DNA from: Gemmataceae bacterium | GTDB taxonomy: Bacteria; Planctomycetota; Planctomycetia; Gemmatales; Gemmataceae | Direction: 5' to 3' | Length of the DNA: 64,000 nt | Assembly (NCBI GenBank): GCA_009692065.1 | Contig: SHZY01000008.1 | Coordinates: 10,937-74,936 of the forward strand | Shown here: positions 1-11,669 of the stretch, one piece after another | How the letters are laid out: the number at the start of each line of letters is the position of its first letter | How positions within the stretch are numbered: the first letter of the stretch is position 1 | The notes under the pieces: model-generated | Databases searched by the model: none | Seen by the model: the letters and a program-made list of their open reading frames with translations, nothing else | Told to the model about the DNA's origin: nothing | Translations under genes and position numbers: made by a program

Positions 1-249
1 GGCGCGAAAAAGTAGTTTTTCTCGGCATTGGCAGTCCGCCAGACCCGGCTCGCGGCCCGTTCGTCCCGGCAAGCTTCAATCCTAACGGATCGCTCAGTAA
101 TTCATAGATGGAATGGGAACGCAAGAGTAGCTATGTCACGGTGTGCTTTGGCGAAAACGGAACGGTCGTGTTTGTGTACACCATTAGAAGGCAGACGTTC
201 CTCGACGGCATTCGAAGATGGGTAATGGGCGACCCAATTATCGCTGATC

Positions 250-1722
250 ATGGTTCGGAAAACCTACGAGACGGATGTAATGACTGACCTGAATAACTTC
301 CGGCTACTTTTCTCGATTCTGGTAGGCGCCACGGTCGTATCCGCGGCCCGCGCCCAATCCCCCGACCCCTGGTCCACCTACCGCGGCAACGCCCAGCGCA
401 CCGCCAGCGACGGCCAAGCTGGCCCTGCATCGCCAAAGATTCTCTGGGCCCTCAAATCGAAGGACAACTACATCGCGTCGCCGCTGCCCTCGGGCAATCG
501 ACTCTACGTCTCCGGGCTCGGCGCGTTCAACACCGGCCAGTTTGCGTGCCTGTCCACGGAACCGAATGCCAAGACTCGCGTGCTCTGGGCGAAGACGACG
601 CCGTACCTCAAGCTGCCGACCGTTTCGAGTCCCGGCGTCTACAAAGATTACCTCATCTTCGGCGACGGCATGCACCAGACCAACGGGGCCCTGCTCTACT
701 GCCTCGATGCGGCGGCGGGCGCGCCTGTCTGGCGGCATTCGGTGCCTGGCACTCTCGTCCATCTGGAAGGCTCGCCAACAATCGTTGACGGCAAAGCCTA
801 CATCGGCGGCGGGGCGGGAGGCGTCCTCTGCATCGAGATCGACAAGGCGACCCTCAACCAGAAATCGCACGATCTCCCCTCCTTGCAAAAGATCATGGCC
901 CAAGCCATGAAGGACCTGCAAGCGAAGTACGAAATCGACAGGAAAATCGACAAGTTCGCGATTCCGCCCAACGAGGATAATTTGCCAAAGGCTGATCCCA
1001 AACGGCTCTGGCAGGAAGGCAAGGACAAATGGCACGTCGATGCGCCGGTCAGCGTCATCGGCGACAAGGTGCTGGCGTGCTCGGCCTATCTCGACAAGGA
1101 ACAAGTCGGCGATCGCGCCCTCTTTTGTATGGACACCAAGTCGGGCAAGGTCATCTGGCGTGCCGCCCTCAAGCTCAATCCCTGGGGCGGACCGTCGGTC
1201 CTCGGCGACACCGTCGTCGTCTCCGGCAGCTCCATCGGCTACGACTTCGGCGTCCTCAAGGGCGCCAAGGGTTTCATTGCCGCATATGATCTCAAGAAGG
1301 GCGAGCTCAAATGGCACAAAGACATCGCCGGCGGCGTGGTGGCGTGTGCGGCGCTGTCGGGCAACTCGGCCGTGGTTAGCGCGACCGACGGCAAGGTACG
1401 CGCGTTCGATCTGGCCACGGGCGAGCGCCAGTGGATCTACGACGCCAAAATGCCGCTCTTCGCTCCGGTCGCCATCGCCAAGGACACGGTTTATGTGGGC
1501 GACTTGCGCGGCGTCATTCACGCGATCGATTTGAAGTCCGGCACCGATCCGCGCACGGCTTCGTGGAAGGTGGACCTCGGCACGGCCAAGGAAACGCAAG
1601 CCCCGGGCATGATCTACGGCGGTCCGGTGGTTTCCGGCGGCCGGCTTTTCGTTGCAACCTGCAACCTGCAAGGACCGAACGCGGGCAAGGAGACGGTCGT
1701 GGTGTGTATCGGAGATAAATAG
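250..1722 (+). CDS. Secreted PQQ-like (BamB/YVTN-type) beta-propeller repeat protein
   Basis: 490-aa ORF with an N-terminal hydrophobic signal (LLFSILVGATVVSAARA). It has the WSTYRGN motif and repeated blade motifs such as VYVGDLRGVIHAIDLKSG. The start may instead be the Met at 280. Confidence 0.75.
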   Translation: MVRKTYETDVMTDLNNFRLLFSILVGATVVSAARAQSPDPWSTYRGNAQRTASDGQAGPASPKILWALKSKDNYIASPLPSGNRLYVSGLGAFNTGQFACLSTEPNAKTRVLWAKTTPYLKLPTVSSPGVYKDYLIFGDGMHQTNGALLYCLDAAAGAPVWRHSVPGTLVHLEGSPTIVDGKAYIGGGAGGVLCIEIDKATLNQKSHDLPSLQKIMAQAMKDLQAKYEIDRKIDKFAIPPNEDNLPKADPKRLWQEGKDKWHVDAPVSVIGDKVLACSAYLDKEQVGDRALFCMDTKSGKVIWRAALKLNPWGGPSVLGDTVVVSGSSIGYDFGVLKGAKGFIAAYDLKKGELKWHKDIAGGVVACAALSGNSAVVSATDGKVRAFDLATGERQWIYDAKMPLFAPVAIAKDTVYVGDLRGVIHAIDLKSGTDPRTASWKVDLGTAKETQAPGMIYGGPVVSGGRLFVATCNLQGPNAGKETVVVCIGDK

Positions 1723-1804
1723 GCTCACGCAAAGGCGCAAAGAATAGAATGGTCTTTTGCGGCGTGGCGTGAGAGTTGAATGTAGTGAAGAACGGAGCAA
1801 CCCC

Positions 1805-2488
1805 ATGAAACACTTTCGGATCGTTTTGATCATCGGCCTCTTCGTTGCACTCGGAGCGCAACTTCCCTCTGAGGAAAAAAAAGCGGGCACGCCCGGTGTC
1901 ACGGTCGATAATGACGCCAGGACAGTCACCATCGACGCGAAAGTAGCGCCGCGCAAGCTGCCGAACCTCGATAAGATCTACCCGCTCGAAGTCATCGCCT
2001 GCTGGCCCGCCCCCAAGGGCAAGAAAGCTCACGAGACCATCGTCATCATCGACGCCAGGCCGAGCGATGTCCACAAGGCGCTCGAATCGCTTGGGCTCAA
2101 GGCGGGCAAGCCGATCATGGGCCAAGGGGAGCCGAAGGGACCGGCGGTCAACGTGTTCTTTCTTATCCCGGATTCCACCGGCCTCGACCGCAGAGTGACC
2201 ATGGACAAGGCAATGGTCGATTCCCGCAACGGCAAGCCGTTCCCCAAGAACATCGAATGGCGTTTCACTGGCTCAACCATGACCTCGCCCGACGCCGCCA
2301 AAGACGAGAAGATTTACGGCGCCGACTATTCCGGCACCCTGATGGCGATCTTCCCGGTCACCAGCGAAACCGTGTTGCAAACCGAACTGACAATCAAGCA
2401 GGAAGGCATCATGAAGCTGGAAGTGAACACCAAGGTGCTGCCGAAGGAAGGCACGCCGGTCAAGCTGGTAATTGAAGTGAAGAAGTGA
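1805..2488 (+). CDS. Secreted hypothetical protein (possibly YdjY-like; family not certain)
   Basis: ATG at 1805 gives MKHFRIVLIIGLFVALGA, a signal peptide. The ORF-track start at 1757 adds an unlikely Arg-rich leader. I recognise no catalytic motif. Confidence 0.55.
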   Translation: MKHFRIVLIIGLFVALGAQLPSEEKKAGTPGVTVDNDARTVTIDAKVAPRKLPNLDKIYPLEVIACWPAPKGKKAHETIVIIDARPSDVHKALESLGLKAGKPIMGQGEPKGPAVNVFFLIPDSTGLDRRVTMDKAMVDSRNGKPFPKNIEWRFTGSTMTSPDAAKDEKIYGADYSGTLMAIFPVTSETVLQTELTIKQEGIMKLEVNTKVLPKEGTPVKLVIEVKK

Positions 2489-2623
2489 GAGTTTATCCGG
2501 CAAGCCCGTGAATGGGAGGGCGAGGCTCCTGCCGAGCCGCTGGGACGTTAAATCTTCCGCGGCTTCACGGCTCGGCAGGAGCCTCGCCCTCCAGAAAAAC
2601 GGCCATTCCGGATAGATTTTGAG
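2488..2623. repeat. 135-bp MITE-like element, copy 1. Terminal inverted repeats are TATCCGG/CCGGATA, around a long internal hairpin GGGAGGGCGAGGCTCCTGCCGAGCC...GGCTCGGCAGGAGCCTCGCCCTCC.
   Basis: Direct reading. The reverse complement of 8026..8162 aligns along the whole length. Confidence 0.8.
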
Positions 2624-2689
2624 TGGTGAGTGGTTTCAAGCCCAAGGGTGAGCGCAGCGAACCCTTGGGACCCGATTCGAGGTGATCCC

Positions 2690-3304
2690 ATGAAACGAAT
2701 GTTCGCAATAGTTTGTTTTTTGATGATAGCCCAGTCCGCCTTCGCCCAGCCTGCCGCCGAGAAAGCTGATAAGCGGCTGGCGGACCTGCTCGCGCCCGGC
2801 GGCACTGCCTCGGCAGCGACGTTTGCGGCCCGGCCGCTCGCGTGGAAGACGCCCCGGCTGCTCGAAGAAATCTACCTGCCGATTAAGCCCTATGCCGGGC
2901 TGCCGGTGCGTCTGGCGGCTCCGCCGCGGCGTGACGTGAAGCCTGGAGCTTTGCGTAAAGCGACGCCGCTCCTGGCCTTTCAGGACAGGACAGCCGCGCC
3001 GGCGCCAGTCGAGCTGCCGGCGACGCCGCTGCTCCGCTTGCCGTCGGTCGACATCCATGCCCCCTTGCCGATCCCAATCCTGGCCCAGCCGGCAAAGGAT
3101 CACGCCGCCCTGGGCGAGCCGGGGTTTGAGGCAAGCCTTGATGCAGCACTTAAAACCTGGACTCCGACGCGAGATCGGCCCGTGCCATTCCTCGCGTTGA
3201 ACCTGCCCGATCCGTTCGAGCACGTGCGCTACGGCCAATTGCGCAACGCCCCGGCAGAGAACGCGACGCCGCCGGTGATTCCGCTGCAGAAGCCGACCAA
3301 ATGA
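2690..3304 (+). CDS. Secreted Pro/Ala-rich hypothetical protein
   Basis: ATG at 2690 gives MKRMFAIVCFLMIAQSAFA, a signal peptide. The rest is Pro/Ala/Leu-rich with no recognisable domain. Confidence 0.45.
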   Translation: MKRMFAIVCFLMIAQSAFAQPAAEKADKRLADLLAPGGTASAATFAARPLAWKTPRLLEEIYLPIKPYAGLPVRLAAPPRRDVKPGALRKATPLLAFQDRTAAPAPVELPATPLLRLPSVDIHAPLPIPILAQPAKDHAALGEPGFEASLDAALKTWTPTRDRPVPFLALNLPDPFEHVRYGQLRNAPAENATPPVIPLQKPTK

Positions 3305-3314
3305 CCCGATCCCC

Positions 3315-3379
3315 GTTTAGCGTTCGCGCCGCGCTTGCAATTGTGTCATGTAAATGCCATCGCCATTTGAACGCTAAAC
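3315..3379. repeat. GTTTAGCGTTC...GAACGCTAAAC hairpin repeat (REP-like family, long-loop variant)
   Basis: Inverted arms at 3315..3325 and 3369..3379, between convergent stop codons (3304 and 3384). Confidence 0.7.
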
Positions 3380-3383
3380 GAAA

Positions 3384-4202
3384 TCATTTCCCCTTGAACA
3401 CGCTGTGGCACTGCGTGCAAGAATTTTCCAGCGCCGTGGCCGCCGTCAGGACTCCCGCGCCGTTTTTCTTGTGCGCAGCCTCCGCCAGCGCGGTCGACGC
3501 ATCGCGCATCTGGTTCGACAGCTCGCGCCACTGCCCTGCCCCCTTCGCCGGCGGGAATTCATGCGTGATCGAGCCGACGACGGCCAGGCGATAAGCCAGG
3601 TTCGGCAATTCCTTGGATACCTTGGCCAGATTGTCGTCACTCAGTTTTTTCTTGGCGAGCGCGCCGATGAACGCTTCGATGCCGTTCAGCTTCTTGAGTG
3701 GCGGACTGTATTGCAGTTCGGCGTGCAGCCCCTCGCCCCCCTTGGCCTTGCCCTTGAAGATTTCCATCACCCACGCCAACTCTTGCAAGTACGCCTTCCG
3801 CGGCATTCTCTCGATCGCGGCATTGGGCGCCGCCTCGATCATCTTGCCAAAGCCGGCCGGCTTTTTGAGATCGCCGCTGCGTGCCGCTTGCACCGCCTGG
3901 ATTGCTGCGCCGCGCACCTTGCCGACGGCTTCCTCGGTGGGGTTCTTGACGCTCAAGGTATAGCCCACCAGAATCGCTGCTTCGGCCTCGACTCTCTCGG
4001 CCGCGTCCTTGACGCCGGACTTCGCGGTCGCTTCGATGGCGGCGACCGAGCGTTTGGTCAACTCGCTGTAGGCGTCCGCGGGCAGGAGCGGCTTCCACGG
4101 CGACGGCCCATCGCCGCCGGCTTGGCCGGCGGCGTGCAGAAGCAGGATCGCCGAAAACAGACCGATCAAGACCAAGAGAAATCGCGTCATAAGAATCTCC
4201 AC
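3384..4202 (-). CDS. Putative c-type cytochrome, class II-like (single C-terminal CxxCH)
   Basis: Signal peptide MTRFLLVLIGLFSAILLLHA. The body looks Ala/Lys/Glu-rich and helical. A single heme motif, CTQCH, lies 7 residues from the C-terminus, as in cytochrome c-prime/c556. At 272 aa it is about twice the usual length. Confidence 0.5.
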   Translation of the reverse strand: MEILMTRFLLVLIGLFSAILLLHAAGQAGGDGPSPWKPLLPADAYSELTKRSVAAIEATAKSGVKDAAERVEAEAAILVGYTLSVKNPTEEAVGKVRGAAIQAVQAARSGDLKKPAGFGKMIEAAPNAAIERMPRKAYLQELAWVMEIFKGKAKGGEGLHAELQYSPPLKKLNGIEAFIGALAKKKLSDDNLAKVSKELPNLAYRLAVVGSITHEFPPAKGAGQWRELSNQMRDASTALAEAAHKKNGAGVLTAATALENSCTQCHSVFKGK

Positions 4203-4369
4203 GTGGGGATCATTTGATGTTGGTTCACCCCATCATAATGCCGGGTGGCCGCATTGCAAGCGCTCACGCGCTTTTTGCAAAAAAAACAGGGCGGCACTTG
4301 CTTTGCAGAATTTTTCGGATAGCTTCAGAGCATCTTGGAAAACGAAGTAGGCTCTCCGGGTGACTCTCC

Positions 4370-5407
4370 ATGTCCAATCGCATCCTTCTTGCGCTCATTA
4401 CGGCACTCGCTCTAACTTTGAATTTTACCGGCTGTCAGCGTGCCAGCGGCAAGCCGAAAGTGGCGTTTGTTTCGAACAACGCCCACGGATTCTGGACCTT
4501 CGCCCAGCGCGGCGCCGAGGCCGCGGCCAAGGAGTTTGATGTCGAACTGGAATTCCGCAAGCCGTCCGAAGACTCCGCCAAGGTGCAACGCGAGATTATC
4601 GAGGACCTGATGAACCGCCGCTGCAAGGGAGTCGCCGTCAGTCCGAACGATCCTGAAAACAACCTGAACTTCTTCAAGAACAACGTCGCCTCCAAGATCG
4701 CGCTCGTCATGGCCGACAACGATCTTCCCGATACGTCGGCACGGCGTTGCTATATCGGCACGCACAACTATCGCGCTGGCCGCGCGGCAGGGGAACTGGT
4801 CAAGCAAGCCATCCCTGACGGCGGCAAGATCGCGATCTTCGTCGGCAAGATGGACGCCTCCAACGCCCAGGAACGGCGTCAGGGAGTGCTCGATGTACTG
4901 GCCGGCATCGACTCCAAGGAGATGCCCGCCAAGATCACGCCGGCCGATGCCGTCAACCTTTCACTCGGCAAATACATCCTCATTGGCACGCGGACCGACG
5001 GCAGCAAGGAACCCGAATGCCTGGCCAAGGCGGAGGACCTCCTCAACAAGCACCCCGATGTCGCCTGCATGATCGGACTCTGGGAGTACAACCCGCCAGC
5101 GATCTTGCGGGCGGTGCGAGGCTCCGCCAACCCGAAGAAGCCCGCCATCGTCGCCTTCGACGAAAATCCGCAAACGCTTGACGGCATTCGCAAGGGCGAA
5201 ATCATCGGCACCATCGTGCAAAACCCCTATGAATTCGGTTACCAATCGATCAAGGTCCTCGCCCACTTCGCCAACGGCAAGGACGACATCCTCAAAACCT
5301 GGCCCGGTATTGAAGACGGCGGACGCATTTTTGTCCCGCACCGCGTCATCACGAAGGACAACGTCGATACGTTCGAGGCGGAAGTGAACAAGATCCTGGG
5401 GAAATAA
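4370..5407 (+). CDS. Sugar ABC transporter substrate-binding lipoprotein (RbsB/periplasmic-binding-protein type I)
   Basis: Lipobox LNFTGC. Sequence resembles ribose/galactose-type binding proteins (KVAFVSNN..., GLWEYNPPA). It is followed by the ABC ATPase and permease genes. Confidence 0.8.
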   Translation: MSNRILLALITALALTLNFTGCQRASGKPKVAFVSNNAHGFWTFAQRGAEAAAKEFDVELEFRKPSEDSAKVQREIIEDLMNRRCKGVAVSPNDPENNLNFFKNNVASKIALVMADNDLPDTSARRCYIGTHNYRAGRAAGELVKQAIPDGGKIAIFVGKMDASNAQERRQGVLDVLAGIDSKEMPAKITPADAVNLSLGKYILIGTRTDGSKEPECLAKAEDLLNKHPDVACMIGLWEYNPPAILRAVRGSANPKKPAIVAFDENPQTLDGIRKGEIIGTIVQNPYEFGYQSIKVLAHFANGKDDILKTWPGIEDGGRIFVPHRVITKDNVDTFEAEVNKILGK

Positions 5408-5434
5408 AGGCGGAGCGCGCCTCGCGCCATCCTC

Positions 5435-6942
<1,508 letters not shown>

Positions 6943-6946
<4 letters not shown>

Positions 6947-7929
6947 AAAAACTCACCGGTATCTTCGCGTTTCTCTGCCTGCTCTATGTCCTCATCCTGG
7001 CCTTTACGGATCAAGAGGCCTGGGGCAGCAACAACTTCAACCTCACCAAACGTATCGGCATCTATGGCATCTCGTGCCTCGGCGCCGGCTTGTTGATCGT
7101 GACGGGCGGCGTCGATCTGTCCATAGGCTCCGTCATCTGCTTCTGCGCCGCGATCTTCTCTTGGCTCGTTGTCGACCACCACGTGCCGATTCCTGCTGCC
7201 ATTGTCGTCGTCCTACTCTCTGGCGCCTTGATCGGGGCCGTCAACGGCTTCCTGGTAACCTACCTCGGCTTGCAGGCGTTCGTTGTGACCCTGTGTGGCC
7301 TGTTCGCTTTTCGCGGCGCTGCGCGCTGGATTCTCAACGACGAGATTCCCCGCATCGCCGCTCCCATCGCCGATTGGAGCGCCTTTTTCAACGGCTCGTT
7401 CCTGTCGATCTCGATCTTCTTGTGGCTGTTGCTCGGACTCTTTGTTGCCGGCAGCATCTTTCTGCACTTCACCATCCATGGCCGATACTTTTTCGCGATC
7501 GGCAGCAATGAAAGAGCAGCCCGCTACTCCGGCATCAACGTTGATTTCTACAAAATACTCGCCTACGTCCTGTGTTCGTTTTTTGCAGCAATTGCGGCCC
7601 TGATGGATGTGTTTTCGATCAGTTCGGTACAAGCGTCCTCGACGGGTAACTTCATGGAACTCTATGCAATCGCCGGCGCCGTCCTTGGCGGTTGCAGTTT
7701 GCGCGGCGGCGAAGGCATAACGGTCGGCATGTTGATAGGCACGGCCATCCTGTGCTTGCTGCGCAATCTGATCCAGATGGCTGAGATCAAGGACTCGCTC
7801 GAACCAGTCGTCATTGGTGTCGCCCTGCTCGTCTGCGCCATCATCGACGAATCACTGCGCCGCGGCCTTAGCTGGCGGGATTTGCTCAGCGCCCCGCAGC
7901 AACTTTGGGAACGCTGGACACGCGGCTAA
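6943..7929 (+). CDS. Sugar ABC transporter permease (RbsC/branched-chain type)
   Basis: The ATG at 6943 overlaps the ATPase stop (ATGA). The product MKKLTGIFAFLCLLYVLILAF... is polytopic and hydrophobic. The ORF-track start at 6241 is an out-of-frame read through the ATPase gene. Confidence 0.85.
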
Positions 7930-8025
7930 GTCAGTTGACGCGATCTGCTCCACGCGGCGTTGCCTTCGCCTGGTCCGTAGCAGATCATCTCACGCAAAGG
8001 CGCCAAGCCGCAAAGAAGGCAGAGT

Positions 8026-8162
8026 GAGAAGCTATCCGGAAAGGCCGTTTTTCGGGAGGGCTCGGCTCCCGCCGAGCCGTGAAGCCGCGGAAAATTCAAC
8101 GTCTCAGCGGCTCGGCAGGAGCCGAGCCCTCCCATCCACGGGCTTCCCGGATAGACTCTGAG
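8026..8162. repeat. 135-bp MITE-like element, copy 2 (inverted relative to copy 1)
   Basis: The reverse complement aligns with 2488..2623 including the TIRs. The stem differences are compensatory: CGAGG/CCTCG in copy 1 against CTCGG/CCGAG in copy 2. Confidence 0.8.
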
Positions 8163-8253
8163 AGAAAACAGCTTCAGCCGTTAAAGGAATCCTCGCAGGT
8201 TGGCCAGTTCCCGAACCTTTTCTTCGCCTTTGCGCCTCTGGGTGAGCCAATTC

Positions 8254-8284
8254 GGTGAGCCTCGTTGCGCTCGACCCACCCCAC
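8254..8284. repeat. Half-copy (right arm only) of the GTAGGGTGGGTCGAGCGCAGCGAG hairpin family
   Basis: GGTGAGCCTCGTTGCGCTCGACCCACCCCAC matches the right arm of the elements at 21946 and 23837. No left arm is present. Confidence 0.55.
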
Positions 8285-8340
8285 GATCCGCGTCAATTCC
8301 CATATCATGAACGAAAGCGCCCATTCCACGAGGACCAGCA

Positions 8341-9459
8341 ATGGCGGGATCCACGACTAAGCTTGCACTCGAAGACGGCGCCGTTTACACCGGCAGCAGC
8401 TTCGGCGCCCTCGGCGAAACCTCCGGTGAAGTCGTTTTCAATACCAGCATGACCGGATACCAGGAAGTTCTTACCGATCCTTCCTACACCGGTCAGATCG
8501 TGACGATGACCTACCCGCTCATCGGCAATTACGGCATCAACAGCGAAGACCGCGAGTCGGGATTGCCGCAAGTCGAAGGATTTGTAGTGCGTGAATGCAC
8601 CCGCATCCCCAGCAACTTCCGCTCACACCAATCGCTGCACGACTATTTGGCCGAGCATAAGATCATCGGCATGGAAGGAATCGACACGCGCTCCCTGGTG
8701 CGCAGAATACGCGTCCGCGGGGCCATGATGGGAGTCCTGTCCACTGTGGACCTCGACGATGCGTCGCTCGTGAAAAAAGCCAAATCGTGCCCCAGCATTG
8801 TCGGCCGCGATCTTGCCAGGACCGTCATGCCCGAGAAGTCATCCGCGTGGCGCGAAGGCTTCAACAGTCCGTTCAACACGCAGGAGTTGCACAAGAGCAA
8901 GAAGCCGCTCCGCGTGGTGGCCCTCGATTTCGGCATGAAGTGGAACATCCCGCGTTGCCTGGTGCAACTCGGCTGCGAAGTGACCGTAGTGCCGGGTTCG
9001 ATTTCCGCGAAGGACATACTGGCCCTCAACCCCGACGGCGTTTTCATCTCGAACGGACCCGGCGACCCGGAGCCGTTGACTTACGCCGTTGAAAACATCC
9101 GCCAGCTCCTCGGCAAGAAGCCGATCTTCGGCATCTGCCTGGGGCACCAGCTGCTTGGCCTGGCGTTCGGCGCGAAAACCTTCAAGCTAAAGTTCGGCCA
9201 TCGCGGCGCGAATCAGCCGGTGCTCAATCAGAAGACCGGGCAGGTGGAGATCACCACGCAAAACCATGGCTTCGCCGTCGATCCCACGACGCTTCCTGCC
9301 GACGTCGAGTCGACGCACATCAACCTCAACGACCAGACGCTCGAAGGCATGCGCCACATGCGCTACCCCGTCTTCAGCGTGCAGTACCACCCCGAGGCCT
9401 CCGCGGGGCCGCACGATAGCACCTATCTGTTTGAGGAATTTCGGAAATTGATGGATTGA
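8341..9459 (+). CDS. carA: Carbamoyl-phosphate synthase small (glutamine amidotransferase) subunit
   Basis: Class I GATase triad context GICLGHQLL, HGFAV, VQYHPEA. The N-terminal CPSase small-chain region (FNTSMTGYQEVLTDPSY) is present. Confidence 0.95.
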   Translation: MAGSTTKLALEDGAVYTGSSFGALGETSGEVVFNTSMTGYQEVLTDPSYTGQIVTMTYPLIGNYGINSEDRESGLPQVEGFVVRECTRIPSNFRSHQSLHDYLAEHKIIGMEGIDTRSLVRRIRVRGAMMGVLSTVDLDDASLVKKAKSCPSIVGRDLARTVMPEKSSAWREGFNSPFNTQELHKSKKPLRVVALDFGMKWNIPRCLVQLGCEVTVVPGSISAKDILALNPDGVFISNGPGDPEPLTYAVENIRQLLGKKPIFGICLGHQLLGLAFGAKTFKLKFGHRGANQPVLNQKTGQVEITTQNHGFAVDPTTLPADVESTHINLNDQTLEGMRHMRYPVFSVQYHPEASAGPHDSTYLFEEFRKLMD

Positions 9460-9460
9460 C

Positions 9461-9514
9461 CCGCTTGCCGTTTAGCGTTCGCGTTGCATTTCGGGTTTGC
9501 TACGCCGCAAGCGG
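9461..9514. repeat. REP-like hairpin (CCGCTTGC-GTTTAGCGTTCGC ... GCAAGCGG variant)
   Basis: Starts 2 nt after the carA stop, between convergent genes. Confidence 0.6.
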
Positions 9515-9529
9515 CAATTAGATCACGCA

Positions 9530-10426
9530 CTATTTCAGCGGATGCCGCCTGAAAAACTCCCACATCACCTCATTCGCGGAGATGTTCTTGGTCGACGCGC
9601 CCAGAAACGCCGGCAAAAGTGTGACACCAGGCCAGGTGTGGCCGCCGTTTTCCACGACGTAGAGGATCACCTCGGCGCCGTGCTTGCCTTTGCCGTAGTC
9701 CTTGCGGATCACCTTGAGTTTGTCGGCTCTCGCCTCGATCTCGGTCTCGGTTGGTTTCTGGTTGCAGCCATTGGCCTTGACGCAGGCCTGGATCGTGTCG
9801 TTCACAGACTTGAATTTCATCAACGCGAACGCATCTTTTTTCCTGTCGGGGCCGTTGAAAGGGACGAGCAGGTCCTTGGTGCCATGAAAATGGATGACGG
9901 GAACAGGCCGCTTCGGCGCATACTTGTCGAGTGCCAGAGTTCCCGCGACGGGGGCGATGGCGGCAATGCGCTCCGACATTTCCGATGCCAGCCGATACGA
10001 CATCATCGCGCCATTAGAAAGACCGGTGATGTAGATGCGTTTCTTGTCTACTTTGAAGGCGCTCTCGACGTCGTCGAGCACCTTGCCAAGATATTTCACG
10101 TCGTCGGTCTTGTTGTTCTTCTCGCCCGGGAACAGGCCGGCGTTCCAGGTAGCCATGGTGCCGCTGGGATAGACAGCGATGAAGTTGTGCTCATCCGCGG
10201 TTCTGCTCAGGCCCGAGAAGCCTTCCATCAGTTTGCCGTCCATGAGCGCGCCGTGCAGGACGAGGACAACGGCGCTGGGCTGTTTTGGATCGTACTTGGG
10301 CGGCACATGGACCCAGTACGGGCGTTTCAGTTCGTCCACGGTCAGCGGGCGTTTGTGATCGCCGGGACCGAGTGGTTCGGATTGGGAGATCGCCAGGATT
10401 GCAACAAGGGCAAGCGAAAATTGCAT
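9530..10426 (-). CDS. Secreted alpha/beta-hydrolase, PHB-depolymerase/esterase family
   Basis: The start at 10426 gives the signal peptide [15 protein letters not shown]. Nucleophile elbow GLSNG is present ([12 protein letters not shown]). Confidence 0.7.
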   Translation of the reverse strand: MQFSLALVAILAISQSEPLGPGDHKRPLTVDELKRPYWVHVPPKYDPKQPSAVVLVLHGALMDGKLMEGFSGLSRTADEHNFIAVYPSGTMATWNAGLFPGEKNNKTDDVKYLGKVLDDVESAFKVDKKRIYITGLSNGAMMSYRLASEMSERIAAIAPVAGTLALDKYAPKRPVPVIHFHGTKDLLVPFNGPDRKKDAFALMKFKSVNDTIQACVKANGCNQKPTETEIEARADKLKVIRKDYGKGKHGAEVILYVVENGGHTWPGVTLLPAFLGASTKNISANEVMWEFFRRHPLK

Positions 10427-10613
10427 GATCAGAATCCTTCGTGCAGAGTTCAATCGTGCCTGGATACTACCGGTCAAATCGCGTCGTGTTTCACCGTTCA
10501 CAACCCCTGGACTGCCTTTGTACTATGGATCGCGATTTCGTATTTTAACCTATGCGTCTGCTTCCCAGCTAGCCGAACCTTCACACTCCCGCCTCGCCGC
10601 TGCGAGAATCCTT

Positions 10614-11636
10614 ATGGCATCCTCTGCGGAAGAATCGATGATCGCCGAGCTGCGTGACAGTTTTCGGGCACTCACCGAGCAGCTTGGCAAGGTCATTGTC
10701 GGCCAGAACAACGTTATCGAGCAACTGCTGATCGGCCTGTTCAGCCGCGGCCACTGTTTGTTGGTCGGCGTGCCGGGTTTGGCGAAGACACTGCTCGTCA
10801 GCACGCTGGCGAAGATTCTCGATCTCTCGTTCAAGCGGATTCAGTTCACGCCGGACCTGATGCCGGCCGACATCACCGGCACCGACATCTTGCAGGACGA
10901 TCCGGCCACGCACCAGCGCAAGTTCGTATTCTTGCCGGGGCCGCTCTTCGCCAACATGATTCTCGCGGACGAGATCAACCGCACGCCGCCGAAGGCGCAG
11001 GCCGCCCTCTTGGAGGCGATGCAGGAATATCACGTCACAGCGGGGGGCCATTCCTATGCGCTGCCGCGGCCATTCTTCGTGCTCGCTACCCAGAACCCGA
11101 TCGAGCAGGAAGGGACCTATCCGCTGCCGGAGGCGCAGCTCGACCGATTCATGTTTCAAATTGCCGTCACCTACCCGAGCCGGGCCGAGGAACTGGCAAT
11201 CATGAAGCAAACGACGGCCGGCAAACCGTCTCCGCTCGCGCATGTTCTGTCGGCCGAGAAGATCATGCAGTTGCAGGAGCTGGTCCGGCAGGTGATCGTG
11301 GCCGACCACGTGTTCCAGTACGCCGCCGACCTGGTGCGCGCGACGCGGCCCAAGGAGCCAGGCACGCCGACGTTCCTGCCGGAACTCGTCTCCTGGGGCG
11401 CCGGCCCGCGCGCCAGCCAGTACCTGATTCTCGCCGGCAAAGCACGCGCCCTGCTACACGGCAGGTTGCACGTGACCACGCAGGATATCCGTGAGATCGC
11501 CTATCCCGTGCTGCGGCATCGCCTGATCACGACCTTCCACGCCGACGCCGAGGGGATCACCACGGACCATATCATCGAGCGCTTGTTGAAAGAAATTCCG
11601 CTGCCGCAGGAAAAGGCGGCATCCACAGTGATATAA
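10614..11636 (+). CDS. MoxR-family AAA+ ATPase
   Basis: Walker A GVPGLAKT and Walker B ILADEINR. The ATG at 10614 ([15 protein letters not shown]) avoids overlap with the esterase gene. Confidence 0.9.
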   Translation: MASSAEESMIAELRDSFRALTEQLGKVIVGQNNVIEQLLIGLFSRGHCLLVGVPGLAKTLLVSTLAKILDLSFKRIQFTPDLMPADITGTDILQDDPATHQRKFVFLPGPLFANMILADEINRTPPKAQAALLEAMQEYHVTAGGHSYALPRPFFVLATQNPIEQEGTYPLPEAQLDRFMFQIAVTYPSRAEELAIMKQTTAGKPSPLAHVLSAEKIMQLQELVRQVIVADHVFQYAADLVRATRPKEPGTPTFLPELVSWGAGPRASQYLILAGKARALLHGRLHVTTQDIREIAYPVLRHRLITTFHADAEGITTDHIIERLLKEIPLPQEKAASTVI

Positions 11637-11669
11637 CCTGCCATTCATGGCGGGTCCGGGAAACAATCG

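Noticed and set aside
304-1956. 550-aa ORF on the minus strand
   Set aside because: It is antisense to the well-supported PQQ-propeller gene. The product is Arg/Ala/Gly-rich with no motifs, a typical high-GC shadow ORF.
9497-10657. 386-aa plus-strand ORF
   Set aside because: It is antisense to the esterase gene (GLSNG nucleophile elbow, signal peptide) and would also overlap the moxR start.
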